This document shows, one piece after another, positions 34,268 to 43,330 of a stretch of 64,000 nt of DNA. Both the position numbers and the translations under genes were made by a program. How positions within the stretch are numbered: the first letter of the stretch is position 1; every line of letters begins with the position of its first letter. The notes under the pieces are model-generated. The model made no database searches. It worked only from the letters and a program-made list of their open reading frames with translations, and was not told the origin of the DNA. The stretch lies in NCBI GenBank assembly GCA_964452905.1, contig CAYVNP010000010.1, positions 24,420 through 88,419 on the forward strand. The letters run 5' to 3'. This stretch comes from an uncultured Bacteroidales bacterium (GTDB lineage: Bacteria; Bacteroidota; Bacteroidia; Bacteroidales; CAYVNP01).

Positions 34268-37200
34268 TTATCGGGTAATACAAACTTTCTTGGTTAAGCT
34301 CTTATTATCCGTCATAATTCTGACAAAATAAACTGATTGTGCTTTGTCATTCATTTCAATACTTGTTAATGAATTTGGTGTGAGTTCACGTGAAGAAACT
34401 TCTTTTCCTAACATATCATAAATTGTGATCAACCCTTTTTCATTTACATTGGATGTATTACGAATTACAATATTGTTCCTGTCCGTATAGATCGTTACCA
34501 GTTCATTCAGTTCTTTTTCTTTCACGGATGTCGGTACAACACCGCCAAAATGAATCAGGAACCTGCTCTCATTGGTAACAGTTTCGGATGTAAACGTATA
34601 GGATGCTGATTGAAGATCGGTCATCTTGCCGGTTTTCAAATCTTCAAGAGTTACCATCACCGATGGATCAAAAGAAGCATTGTTTGCTGAAATGGTATAA
34701 GTACCTGCCTGACCTACCGTAAACTGCAATGGAACTGTTGATTTTTGACTGTATTCCTGTGGAAGGAAGTTGACAGCTACTTTCACATTATTTCCATCCA
34801 GTGTGGTGGTATTGATCTGAGGAACGTTTTCTTCAGGACTTAATAGTTTGTATGCATCATAATCCTTGTCAAAACTGCTGGTAGCTTCGGTATTGAATCC
34901 AATTACACTTTCATCGGAATATCCATTACCGGATACTTTCAAACTAAAAGCGGAGTTCAGTTGATTAATATTTCCAGTACCTTTCCAGAACGGTTGATTG
35001 TAAGCAACGCGTACTCTGTTATCCATACTGAATGTGCCACCGGATGAATTACAATGTATATATAATCCCTGCACAGGTGGAATATACCGTGTACCGCCAT
35101 TTGTACTAACTTCAGTAATTTTGTTAAATGTTGCATATCTTGATTGAACTGCATCATAGAGATAAATAGTCGGATCCACATTTGTATTATTCCATCCATT
35201 GGCAGCTTGCCAGTCAATGGCAGAAGGATATGGATTACCTACCAGATTCCATCCGCCTACACCACCTCCTGCAGTATTGGTTGTATTAACTGAAATAGTA
35301 CCATTATGCAATTTGGAAATTTGTTCTTTGAATGTGATCAGACGGCTGGGAGCGTAAACGCTATATTTAATGGCATATCCAATTCCTGTACGTAAAGAAT
35401 CTGTACCTACAATTGCAATCCAGGTTTGAGTAGGTTCATTATATCTTTTTCCATAAAATCCCACTAAATTTATCATTGCTCCTTTATAACCATTATAAAT
35501 TGGAGATGATATATAATGCCAATTGTTCAATGTATCATATGCTTCAACATAGACCCGCTTATTATTAGAACCGCCACTCAGATAGGATGTATTATCTGTC
35601 ATAACCAGTTGTCCCATATTATGCGGATCCAAGGCGCGGATATAAAGCGTGCTGTCCATTGTTAATGTTCTTCCGCTTGCAACCGTAAGGAATTTACCAG
35701 CATTGATCTCAGCTTTGAACAAGGTTGTATTGTTGGAACCTGAAAGTAAGGTATTGCCTATAAAATAGACAGTACCTGCACGAGGATTTAAAGTTGAATT
35801 ATTGACAAAATTACCTGTTAAATTCAAATTATAATTAGATGAAGACACATCTAAAGTGCCTGCTGTGATTGTCAGATCGCCATTAATTGTAACAGCACCT
35901 CCAAAGGTGGCCGTTTTACCAGAGCCATTCATTATGAAATGGTGATATGTAGTTGATTTAACTGTAGCTGAATTTGTATATGTTACAGTATTAGGATTTG
36001 CACTTGCAGTCAATGCAGGGGCAATTGCGCCTGTACCACCGTATGTCAGAGATGAATTGGTTGCATTGGTCAATGTTCCTGATCCTGTAATAGATGTTGA
36101 TACAGTTAATGTGCCATTGTTTGTAAATGTACCGGATGTTATAGGCAAATCAGCCACTGTAATAGTATTACCTGAACTTAATGATGCGCCATTGGCATCA
36201 TTAAGTTCAAGTTTAGCAAAAGCACCATTAGTACCGGTTATTGTATGAGAAGCAGAACCTCCATTCAGGTAAATTTTACCGGCGCCGGAATGTGTTCCGC
36301 TATTAGCAACATTCCCTTTTACTGTGATTGTATTTGTATTATCTGCAAATGTAACCCCTGTATTAACAGTCAGTTGATTATTTACAATTGCACTGCCCTG
36401 AAGTGTAACAGTTTTAGTACTTCCCTGCAAAATTACATTTCCAAATGTATTAGCACCTAACTGGTTACACAAACTATCACATGTAAATGTACTATTTGTT
36501 GACCAGGACGGGGTTTTAAATGCAGAATTACCTTCTCGCTTAACAATAACCTGCGAACTGTTTAAAACAGTAATAGGAACATTTGATGCGTCAGGGACAT
36601 AAATTCCAAAATCAAATGTTCCATTGGTTACAGTAATTCCATTATTAATATAACCGGTACTAGTTGTATTACTTAATTTTGCAATTCCTCCTGTCTTATC
36701 AATTTCAAGGCTGGTCAGCTGACAATTGCCGATGTATTGGTTTTGCGATCCTGTCATTTTAATTTTTGTATTTGCACCACCACCCTGCAGATAAGGCCAT
36801 CCGGCCGAACTACTTAGTCCTGCAATGGTTATTAACGTTCCTGTACCTCCATTGTATGCATAAGTATTATCCATTGTGAATGCCTGCAATGAAGAAGTAT
36901 TAAAATTAGTTGAACAATATATTAGCCCTTTAAAAGTTGGATTGTAATTTGAAACTTTAATGGTTGGCATATAGATCGTATTATACCCTGTATAAGATTT
37001 GGTTCCCGCCAGGGTATATGCACTTGAACTTGCATCAGTCCATGTACCATTGTTGGTAACATTTCCTGAGAAAGTGATATTGTTGGTTGACGAGGAACTG
37101 GTGATACTCCAGATACCCCCACTATTAATAGTAACATCACCGGAAAAAGTTATCGGATTTGATGATGTAACCGTATTATTAAACCCAAAAGTAAAACCGC

Positions 37201-40200
37201 TGGGAATGGTAATCGCATTGGTAATCGTAAGCCGGTTATTTATTGATCCGTATTTGAAATCCCCTACATAAAAATTACCAGTCGTTAGTGTCAGGTTGGT
37301 GATGGTTGTTGTACGAGCAGCAGCAGTACCTAGACTTATTGCATTAGCGCCATACGTATCATCTACTTCAATTTTATAATATGTATTGTTTCCCGAACTG
37401 GATGTAGTATTGATGGTATGCTGTGCTGAACCACCATTGAGGTATAATTTTCCTGAACCTGAATAAGTACCATTATTGGTTACATTCCCTTTCAGTGTTA
37501 TTGTATATCCTGCATCTGCCAATGTGCCCACGCTGATGGTAAGATTCCCGTTAATTGTTACAGCACCTGCAAGTGTAGCTATTCTCCCCGTTTTATTAAT
37601 AGTCAGATGATGATATGTTGAAGGAGCGAAAGGAATCGTTTGATTTCCTGAAGTAGAAGTGTATACAACTGTATTTCCGGAAGTTGTTGCATCTAAAACA
37701 CCACGATTGGTCAATGCTGCACCGATATTAAGTGTACCTGTTGCACCGTTAATCAGTTTACCTGTGGTATTAATAGTTAAATTTCGTGTACCGGTTGCTG
37801 CACTGCCGAGAGTGAGTGTACCGTTGTTGGTTATATAACCACTGATTGTCATGGTCATGGTACCTGCAATAGAATTTTGTAAAGTAAATGAACCTGCATT
37901 AGCAACTGAATGATTACCGGTAAAATTAACAGTCCATGTTAAAGCTGTAGTTACTAATGAATAAGTTCCACTCAATGATTTGTTAATACCGGAAAAAGTA
38001 ATATACGGTGATCCACTTGTAGGATTTAACCCGCCTGTGGTTCCTGAAGCATTTCCAGCAACAGTCAAGCCAAAACCGGCTGAAGCCAGGGTGCCATTTA
38101 ATGTTAGATCCATACAGTTTCGGTTTGTACCATCAATGTTGACTGTAGTTCCGCTATTTATAATTACATTATCACATGATCCTGGCACAACACCACCCAC
38201 CCAGGTTCCAGTTGCGCTCCAGTTACCACCTGCTGCTTGTGCAGTGATAGTTGTGCCTGTACATTTTGTTATAGCCACTGAGCTGGTAGCTGTAAATGAA
38301 TTAGCATCAGTCACTGTAACGGTGTAAGTAGTATTCACTGTAGGAGCAATGGTTGGGTTTGCAACTGCAGAAGGTGTTGCCCCTGAACTTGCTGCCCATG
38401 CGTAAACATAGGGTGAAGTTCCGTTGCTTGCGGTTGGCATTCCGCCAATTGTAATGGTTCCACCGCTGGTACTTTGTGCGGGACCAGCATCTGCCTGAAC
38501 TTGAGGTGCATTATTAGTATAAAGTACAGCAAAATCGACAGGTGTCGTCCTTGCAATAGAACCAGCTCCTGTTGCACTGCAAGTTGAACTTTCCCAGTAT
38601 ATAATATGAGTTGCATCACCAACAAGGTCACCAAACGTAGCAGTAATAGGGTAATATTGTCCTGCCGTTAAATTAAACACCATTCCGTCAGTAGGATAAG
38701 CATCAAACGTGTTGTTGTTGTTACCGGGAAGATACCAGTCCCATGTACTACTGCTACCAGGCCAGTCATTTACAACAGTTGTTCCGTTTAATATCAATGA
38801 ATTCTGATCATCTGATTTGGTGCAGAAAGTGTAAGAGCCGGTGCAATTAGGTTTAAGATAACCTGACCACCTGTATGAAAAATTATCGGTTGTATTATTT
38901 CCTGCAAGAAAAGCTGCACTGATTGTACCACGGCTACTATTAAGGTTTGTTGCTTCAATCCAGTTTCTAGCAGAAGGAGTTCCGCTCAGATTGGCATTTG
39001 CATAATAATCAGCTTTTAAACCATTTGCTGTAGCAGGATATGAATAGGTAAATAACGAACCAACAGGGATATCATTCCATGTGCCACCACCGGTGCTGTA
39101 TTGTAACCCATGGAAACATGAACCACCACCGGCATTATAAAATTCAACGGTAATCGCATAGAATTTACCACCAGTAAGTGATTGAGGTGTTTGCGTTCCT
39201 GAATTACGGCATCCGCTTGCAGTCCAGTCATTATAAGCCCAGGGACTACCAGTCGCCTGATCATTGTCCATCATATAAATCCTTGCTCCGTCATCATGCG
39301 ACACCCTGAAACTATAAGTACCAGTTGAAGGTGCTTTGTAATAACCCGACAGCATAATACCCCAGTTATCAGTACCCATTCCTAATTTGGAACAGTCAGT
39401 ACCGCTGACATCGTCAGGTGAGCTATCTGCACCACCTCCGGTGTTCCACCAGTTGCAGTTAGTTGCCCAGTTGGCATAAGTTCGGGTGCCCATAAAAGTT
39501 TCTGTTGCATCGGTATTATAACTGTCATAAAAATCGGCTGTAAGTCCTGCACCTGTCCTATCGCTTTTAATATAACCTACTTTATCCCAGGTAACAAGTC
39601 CACCACTCTGCTGGTAGGATAATCCCCACCATGTTGTAGTGGCATCAATTATATCATCGGCTTTGAATTTCAGTTTGGTCCATGTACCACAAAGGGGCAG
39701 CATATGGCTGATTTTTCTTTTTGCATTTGAATTTTCGCCTGTACCATTTAAATAATTTGCTTCATCGTACCCCCAGAATGCTCTGTGGTCCCATCCGCCG
39801 CCATTATCACCGAATTGCAATTGGATGGCTTTGGGGCAATTGGATATCTCAATAAAAACGATGTTAACAGTCTGTCCGTTTGCAGCACCTGTATGGATGG
39901 GGTCAAAGCGAAGTTGGGTGATTGTACCCGACCAATTGGCATTATTTGTTAATACCCAAACATAATCCGTATAATCGCCATCACTGGAAATAACACTTAC
40001 ATTCTGAGCGTATGTTTCATTAATCCCGCTACCGTTGTTCCAGTATAATCTTGCTTCAGTACCGGACCCATTATTTTTCATTCTGACGCGAACGGATTTG
40101 TAAGTCGTGGCACTGACACTGATTGTGGGAGAATATAAATAAGGATCTCCTCCGCTGAATGTAAGGTTTAATACTCCGCTGGAAACTGTATGGCTGCTGA

Positions 40201-40600
40201 TATCATTCCATCCTGTCCAGTTCGTATTCAGTGAATTAGCATCCCAGTTAACTGCAGCAGCATCAAAATAAGCCCATGCAAATAAACTATCAGTCTGGGT
40301 GGTCGTTATTCGCTGCGAAGTATGAATAGTATGGAAATACCGCTCCTGTTGGGTTAATCCGGCTATAACATCCGATTTAAGTGCACGTGTCCCTGAATAA
40401 GGTGCCGGATTTGAGGTAATCCAGTTAAATGTTCCACCTTCAGTAGGACAAGGAGGCACAAAATCATCCACCCAGATGAATTCATCATACTGTGCTTTTA
40501 CCTGTAAAGCGTTAAATGATAAAAAGGAAATAATCATCAGTATTCCAATGATTGTAGTGTTCCATAAACTTTTTGTAAGAAGTATAATTGTTTTTTTCAT
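34268..40600 (-). CDS. Giant (2110 aa) T9SS-secreted surface protein: RLDP module, 2x PA14, Ig-like, about 900-aa G/T/N-rich beta-helix-like repeat region, CTD
   Basis: - The N-terminal hydrophobic signal is LWNTTIIGILMIISFLSF.
- The RLDP module is LNLTFSGGDPYLYSP...ITQLRFDP.
- The PA14 domains are GLTADFYDSYN...YSFRVSHDDGARIYMMD and GLKADYYANANLSG...YTFCTKSDDQNSLILNG.
- Long T/N/G-rich repeats carry an internal duplication.
- The C-terminal tail is VYFVRIMTDNKSLTKKVCITR. Confidence 0.7.
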   Translation of the reverse strand: MKKTIILLTKSLWNTTIIGILMIISFLSFNALQVKAQYDEFIWVDDFVPPCPTEGGTFNWITSNPAPYSGTRALKSDVIAGLTQQERYFHTIHTSQRITTTQTDSLFAWAYFDAAAVNWDANSLNTNWTGWNDISSHTVSSGVLNLTFSGGDPYLYSPTISVSATTYKSVRVRMKNNGSGTEARLYWNNGSGINETYAQNVSVISSDGDYTDYVWVLTNNANWSGTITQLRFDPIHTGAANGQTVNIVFIEISNCPKAIQLQFGDNGGGWDHRAFWGYDEANYLNGTGENSNAKRKISHMLPLCGTWTKLKFKADDIIDATTTWWGLSYQQSGGLVTWDKVGYIKSDRTGAGLTADFYDSYNTDATETFMGTRTYANWATNCNWWNTGGGADSSPDDVSGTDCSKLGMGTDNWGIMLSGYYKAPSTGTYSFRVSHDDGARIYMMDNDQATGSPWAYNDWTASGCRNSGTQTPQSLTGGKFYAITVEFYNAGGGSCFHGLQYSTGGGTWNDIPVGSLFTYSYPATANGLKADYYANANLSGTPSARNWIEATNLNSSRGTISAAFLAGNNTTDNFSYRWSGYLKPNCTGSYTFCTKSDDQNSLILNGTTVVNDWPGSSSTWDWYLPGNNNNTFDAYPTDGMVFNLTAGQYYPITATFGDLVGDATHIIYWESSTCSATGAGSIARTTPVDFAVLYTNNAPQVQADAGPAQSTSGGTITIGGMPTASNGTSPYVYAWAASSGATPSAVANPTIAPTVNTTYTVTVTDANSFTATSSVAITKCTGTTITAQAAGGNWSATGTWVGGVVPGSCDNVIINSGTTVNIDGTNRNCMDLTLNGTLASAGFGLTVAGNASGTTGGLNPTSGSPYITFSGINKSLSGTYSLVTTALTWTVNFTGNHSVANAGSFTLQNSIAGTMTMTISGYITNNGTLTLGSAATGTRNLTINTTGKLINGATGTLNIGAALTNRGVLDATTSGNTVVYTSTSGNQTIPFAPSTYHHLTINKTGRIATLAGAVTINGNLTISVGTLADAGYTITLKGNVTNNGTYSGSGKLYLNGGSAQHTINTTSSSGNNTYYKIEVDDTYGANAISLGTAAARTTTITNLTLTTGNFYVGDFKYGSINNRLTITNAITIPSGFTFGFNNTVTSSNPITFSGDVTINSGGIWSITSSSSTNNITFSGNVTNNGTWTDASSSAYTLAGTKSYTGYNTIYMPTIKVSNYNPTFKGLIYCSTNFNTSSLQAFTMDNTYAYNGGTGTLITIAGLSSSAGWPYLQGGGANTKIKMTGSQNQYIGNCQLTSLEIDKTGGIAKLSNTTSTGYINNGITVTNGTFDFGIYVPDASNVPITVLNSSQVIVKREGNSAFKTPSWSTNSTFTCDSLCNQLGANTFGNVILQGSTKTVTLQGSAIVNNQLTVNTGVTFADNTNTITVKGNVANSGTHSGAGKIYLNGGSASHTITGTNGAFAKLELNDANGASLSSGNTITVADLPITSGTFTNNGTLTVSTSITGSGTLTNATNSSLTYGGTGAIAPALTASANPNTVTYTNSATVKSTTYHHFIMNGSGKTATFGGAVTINGDLTITAGTLDVSSSNYNLNLTGNFVNNSTLNPRAGTVYFIGNTLLSGSNNTTLFKAEINAGKFLTVASGRTLTMDSTLYIRALDPHNMGQLVMTDNTSYLSGGSNNKRVYVEAYDTLNNWHYISSPIYNGYKGAMINLVGFYGKRYNEPTQTWIAIVGTDSLRTGIGYAIKYSVYAPSRLITFKEQISKLHNGTISVNTTNTAGGGVGGWNLVGNPYPSAIDWQAANGWNNTNVDPTIYLYDAVQSRYATFNKITEVSTNGGTRYIPPVQGLYIHCNSSGGTFSMDNRVRVAYNQPFWKGTGNINQLNSAFSLKVSGNGYSDESVIGFNTEATSSFDKDYDAYKLLSPEENVPQINTTTLDGNNVKVAVNFLPQEYSQKSTVPLQFTVGQAGTYTISANNASFDPSVMVTLEDLKTGKMTDLQSASYTFTSETVTNESRFLIHFGGVVPTSVKEKELNELVTIYTDRNNIVIRNTSNVNEKGLITIYDMLGKEVSSRELTPNSLTSIEMNDKAQSVYFVRIMTDNKSLTKKVCITR

Positions 40601-41036
40601 AAACTAAATTTTAATAAGAATTAAATAATAATTTTAATAAAAGAAAAATAATAGTTTTAATTAATACAAAAATATTCATGTTTTAAAAAATATTGTTGTA
40701 TTTTTTGATAATCTTTTTATATTAAATGATATAAAAACCGTAATCAGTATAATTGTTCCAATTAAGCAAACTCCAAGTATTTTAGATAGAACAATTATAT
40801 TATAATACTAAAAATGATTTGTTATTATTAAGTTGAATTTTGAAATATAAATATTCAGAAGAAGTTTTTTTTGTAAGTAAAGTAATTGTGAGAAATCAAT
40901 TAAATATATGTAAATCGGAGGATGTATTAATCAAAAAAATCGAAAAAGGAAATGATGAAATAAAAACAAATAATTTTAACACAAAAAAAGAAACCCAGTA
41001 AATATATACTTTTAGAGGGGCTTCTGTTAATTTAAG

Positions 41037-41100
41037 CGGTCCGGACGGGGCTCGAATCATCGACCCTCCCGACATGTCGGGATAATCAAACCAAACTGAC
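41037..41100 (-). pseudogene. Degenerate tRNA-like element (copy 1): tRNA-Asp-derived 3' half with a broken T-stem and a palindromic replacement of the anticodon arm
   Basis: The minus strand reads AGTTTGGTTTGATTATCCCGACATGTCGGGAGGGTCGATGATTCGAGCCCCGTCCGGACCGC. The 3' acceptor and T-loop are shared with the genuine tRNA at 41436..41510. There is no 5' acceptor strand, and the T-stem is GATGA versus CCCGT. Confidence 0.55.
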
Positions 41101-41235
41101 AATTTTATAAGTTCAACAAAACATTCCATAAACGACAAAAAGATATACTTAACTTAATTAGATTATTAAAGATGAATTTTGAACCATACAGACACAAAAA
41201 AAGCCCAAAAACCAATGATTTTTGAGCTTCTCAAG

Positions 41236-41297
41236 CGGTCCGGACGGGGCTCGAACCCGCGACCCTCCCGACAAGTCGGGATAATCTAACCAAGCTG
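41236..41297 (-). pseudogene. Degenerate tRNA-like element (copy 2): intact T-arm and 3' acceptor, no 5' acceptor strand, palindromic pseudo-anticodon arm
   Basis: - The minus strand reads CAGCTTGGTTAGATTATCCCGACTTGTCGGGAGGGTCGCGGGTTCGAGCCCCGTCCGGACCGC.
- It lies exactly 200 bp from the genuine tRNA.
- It is followed, on the minus strand, by a near-identical terminator hairpin (41201..41229). Confidence 0.55.
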
Positions 41298-41393
41298 TTT
41301 GCTTAATAGAATACACAATACATTCAAAAAACCATACATCAAAATACGGAAATGTAATTGGTTTTTTTAAGAAAATTGTATGAAGTAGGGGTG

Positions 41394-41429
41394 AAAAAAT
41401 AAGCCCAAAAACTTATGTTTTTTGAGCTT
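41394..41429 (-). terminator. Intrinsic terminator downstream of tRNA-Asp
   Basis: The minus strand reads AAGCTCAAAAAAC-ataa-GTTTTTGGGCTT followed by ATTTTTT. The stem is about 12 bp with one G-U pair. A near-identical hairpin at 41201..41229 follows tRNA-like copy 2. Confidence 0.6.
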
Positions 41430-41435
41430 ATTAAG

Positions 41436-41510
41436 CGGTCCGGACGGGGCTCGAACCCGCGACCCCATGCGTGACAGGCATGTATTCTAACCAAACTGAA
41501 CTACCGGACC
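41436..41510 (-). tRNA. tRNA-Asp (anticodon GUC)
   Basis: The minus strand folds by eye into a canonical 75-nt cloverleaf: GGTCCGG TA GTTC AGTTTGGTTA GAAT A CATGC CTGTCAC GCATG GGGTC GCGGG TTCGAGC CCCGT CCGGACC G. The anticodon loop is CT-GTC-AC. It is very similar to E. coli tRNA-Asp. CCA is not encoded. Confidence 0.9.
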
Positions 41511-41597
41511 GTAATTGTAATGAACTTTTAAAGAGGTGCAAAAATAAAGTTAATTTTACTATTCTGCAAGAACAGAATGATATTTTTATTTTTTTAG

Positions 41598-43310
41598 TTA
41601 TCGAACTAAAATTTTTTGATGAATAATTCCTCCTGAAGTAGTTAGTGAAATAAAATATAATCCTTTGGAAAGTGAAGATAAATCAATAGTTGTAGAAAAT
41701 TTGCCTGATAGATTTTGTGTGAAAATTAGCTCACCGGATAGATTAACTATTTTTAATTGACCATCTGGAATAATCGAACTTGTTTGAATTTTTAATTCAC
41801 CATTGCTTGGATTTGGAAAGATTTTTACTTTGTATTCCGATAGATTATTTAAAATAATTGAAAATTCTTTGTCTTTGGCGAGTGGAATAGTATCAAGATT
41901 ATATTCGGAATCATTGTCAATACTGATATTCTTAATGGTTTTAGGAATATAACCCGGTGCAGAAACAGTAATATTGTATGTTCCTTTATAAATTGGACGA
42001 TAAAAATTTCCGGAAGGTAAAATTGAATAAATATTTGAACTGTCTTTGTCATGGTTTTCAATAGTGATCAATGCTTTCATTGGTGTTCCGGATAATGAAT
42101 CAGTGACAACTCCTTTAAAACCATAAATGCATTGTTCCATATAGCGCAGGAAAGACATGTAATTATAATTCCACATATCAGGTAAAGAATATGTACGGTA
42201 ATCATATTTTAATTCAATGGTTACATCACGGCAATGCTGAAAAAAGTTCATATAATCCTGTTTCCCACCACTAATAGGATACCAGCTTGCGCCATTTGTG
42301 ATGCCATTATCCTGTTGAGTGAAATAGTCTGTTTTAATCTTTGAATGAACGGTATCGGCGTAAATGCGTGATACACGTTGCCACCAGGTATCATCTGCAT
42401 GCAAGTGCTGATAAGGATACCAAGTATCCCATGGATAATTTACGAGTTCGCCACCTGTATGAAAGGTAGCCCCCATCACAAAATGATGTAGAGAGGCATA
42501 ATTCATTAATGCTTGCGTTTCCGGCTGCCAATTATATCCATCAGGATGATTTCCGTTTTGGGGATCAGGGAAATTTCTGTTCAGGTTAACATACCCTGTT
42601 GCATTGTAATAAATAGCTCCATTAACAGTATTATTTCCTGTATAATAGGTGCCGTCAGGATTTGCAAGAGGATTTATATATATATCAATATTGTTAATAA
42701 GTTTTGTAACTAATGAGTCTTGTTTGTAATGGGTCAATAAATAGTCAATCAGATGAAGCATCAAAACATATCCTTCATATTCATTGCCATGAATAGTAGA
42801 ACAATAAAAAAATGATGGTTTTTGCTTTGAGTCTGAAAAATTTGAAATTCTGGCTGTAAGTAATTTTCTTTTGCTTTTTAATATACATATTGTATCAAGT
42901 TTACATATTGTCGGATAAACGTTAGCGAATTTATACATGATGGCTTCATAACTCTCATAAGTAGGATAAGCATCCCATGTATAACCTCCTTTGGTTTGAA
43001 TTATATCATACATCTTATTTTTTACAAGGTCAGAAGGATGGGGAAGTACGTGAATTTTATATTTAAGTTTTTTGAATATGTTAAGTTCATTTTTATTAGC
43101 ATATGCATAAACCAAATTTTTTTCTAAACGAGCAACTGATATGATTTTCGTAATTTGATATAATTCATTCTTTGAATTTATTTCAAATTTAAAATAAATT
43201 TCAGGTTTGTTTTTAAAAAGAGAATCCATGTTTTCCTGAGAAAAACATGGATTTACATAAACAATTGAAATAAAAGCGATGAACAATATATGTATTCGTA
43301 GTATTTTCAC
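41598..43310 (-). CDS. M14-family zinc carboxypeptidase with a CarboxypepD_reg-like domain and T9SS CTD
   Basis: - The 570-aa ORF opens with GTG, followed by the signal peptide KILRIHILFIAFISIVYVNPCFSQ.
- The zinc motif region is STIHGNEYEGYVLMLHLIDYL, followed by ATFHTGGELVNYPWD.
- The regulatory-type beta-sandwich is GFKGVVTDSLSGTPMKALI.
- The CTD is IFPNPSNGELKI...GLYFISL. Confidence 0.8.
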   Translation of the reverse strand: MKILRIHILFIAFISIVYVNPCFSQENMDSLFKNKPEIYFKFEINSKNELYQITKIISVARLEKNLVYAYANKNELNIFKKLKYKIHVLPHPSDLVKNKMYDIIQTKGGYTWDAYPTYESYEAIMYKFANVYPTICKLDTICILKSKRKLLTARISNFSDSKQKPSFFYCSTIHGNEYEGYVLMLHLIDYLLTHYKQDSLVTKLINNIDIYINPLANPDGTYYTGNNTVNGAIYYNATGYVNLNRNFPDPQNGNHPDGYNWQPETQALMNYASLHHFVMGATFHTGGELVNYPWDTWYPYQHLHADDTWWQRVSRIYADTVHSKIKTDYFTQQDNGITNGASWYPISGGKQDYMNFFQHCRDVTIELKYDYRTYSLPDMWNYNYMSFLRYMEQCIYGFKGVVTDSLSGTPMKALITIENHDKDSSNIYSILPSGNFYRPIYKGTYNITVSAPGYIPKTIKNISIDNDSEYNLDTIPLAKDKEFSIILNNLSEYKVKIFPNPSNGELKIQTSSIIPDGQLKIVNLSGELIFTQNLSGKFSTTIDLSSLSKGLYFISLTTSGGIIHQKILVR

Positions 43311-43330
43311 CGCAATTTCAGTTTTGGATT

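Noticed and set aside
40896-41138. 80-aa ORF overlapping tRNA-like copy 1
   Set aside because: It is built from the tRNA-derived repeat and its terminator-like hairpin. It has no protein-like features, and the region is better explained as RNA-gene remnants.
41037-41510. Interpreting the repeated tRNA 3' ends as attL/attR of an integrated mobile element carrying the CAZyme cluster
   Set aside because: The repeats are only 200 and 400 bp from the tRNA and include D-loop-like and arm sequences rather than just a 3' att core. No integrase, excisionase or transfer gene is visible anywhere in the window. I found no further copy of the motif near the far end of the cluster (1..2100). Island status remains only a weak compositional suspicion.
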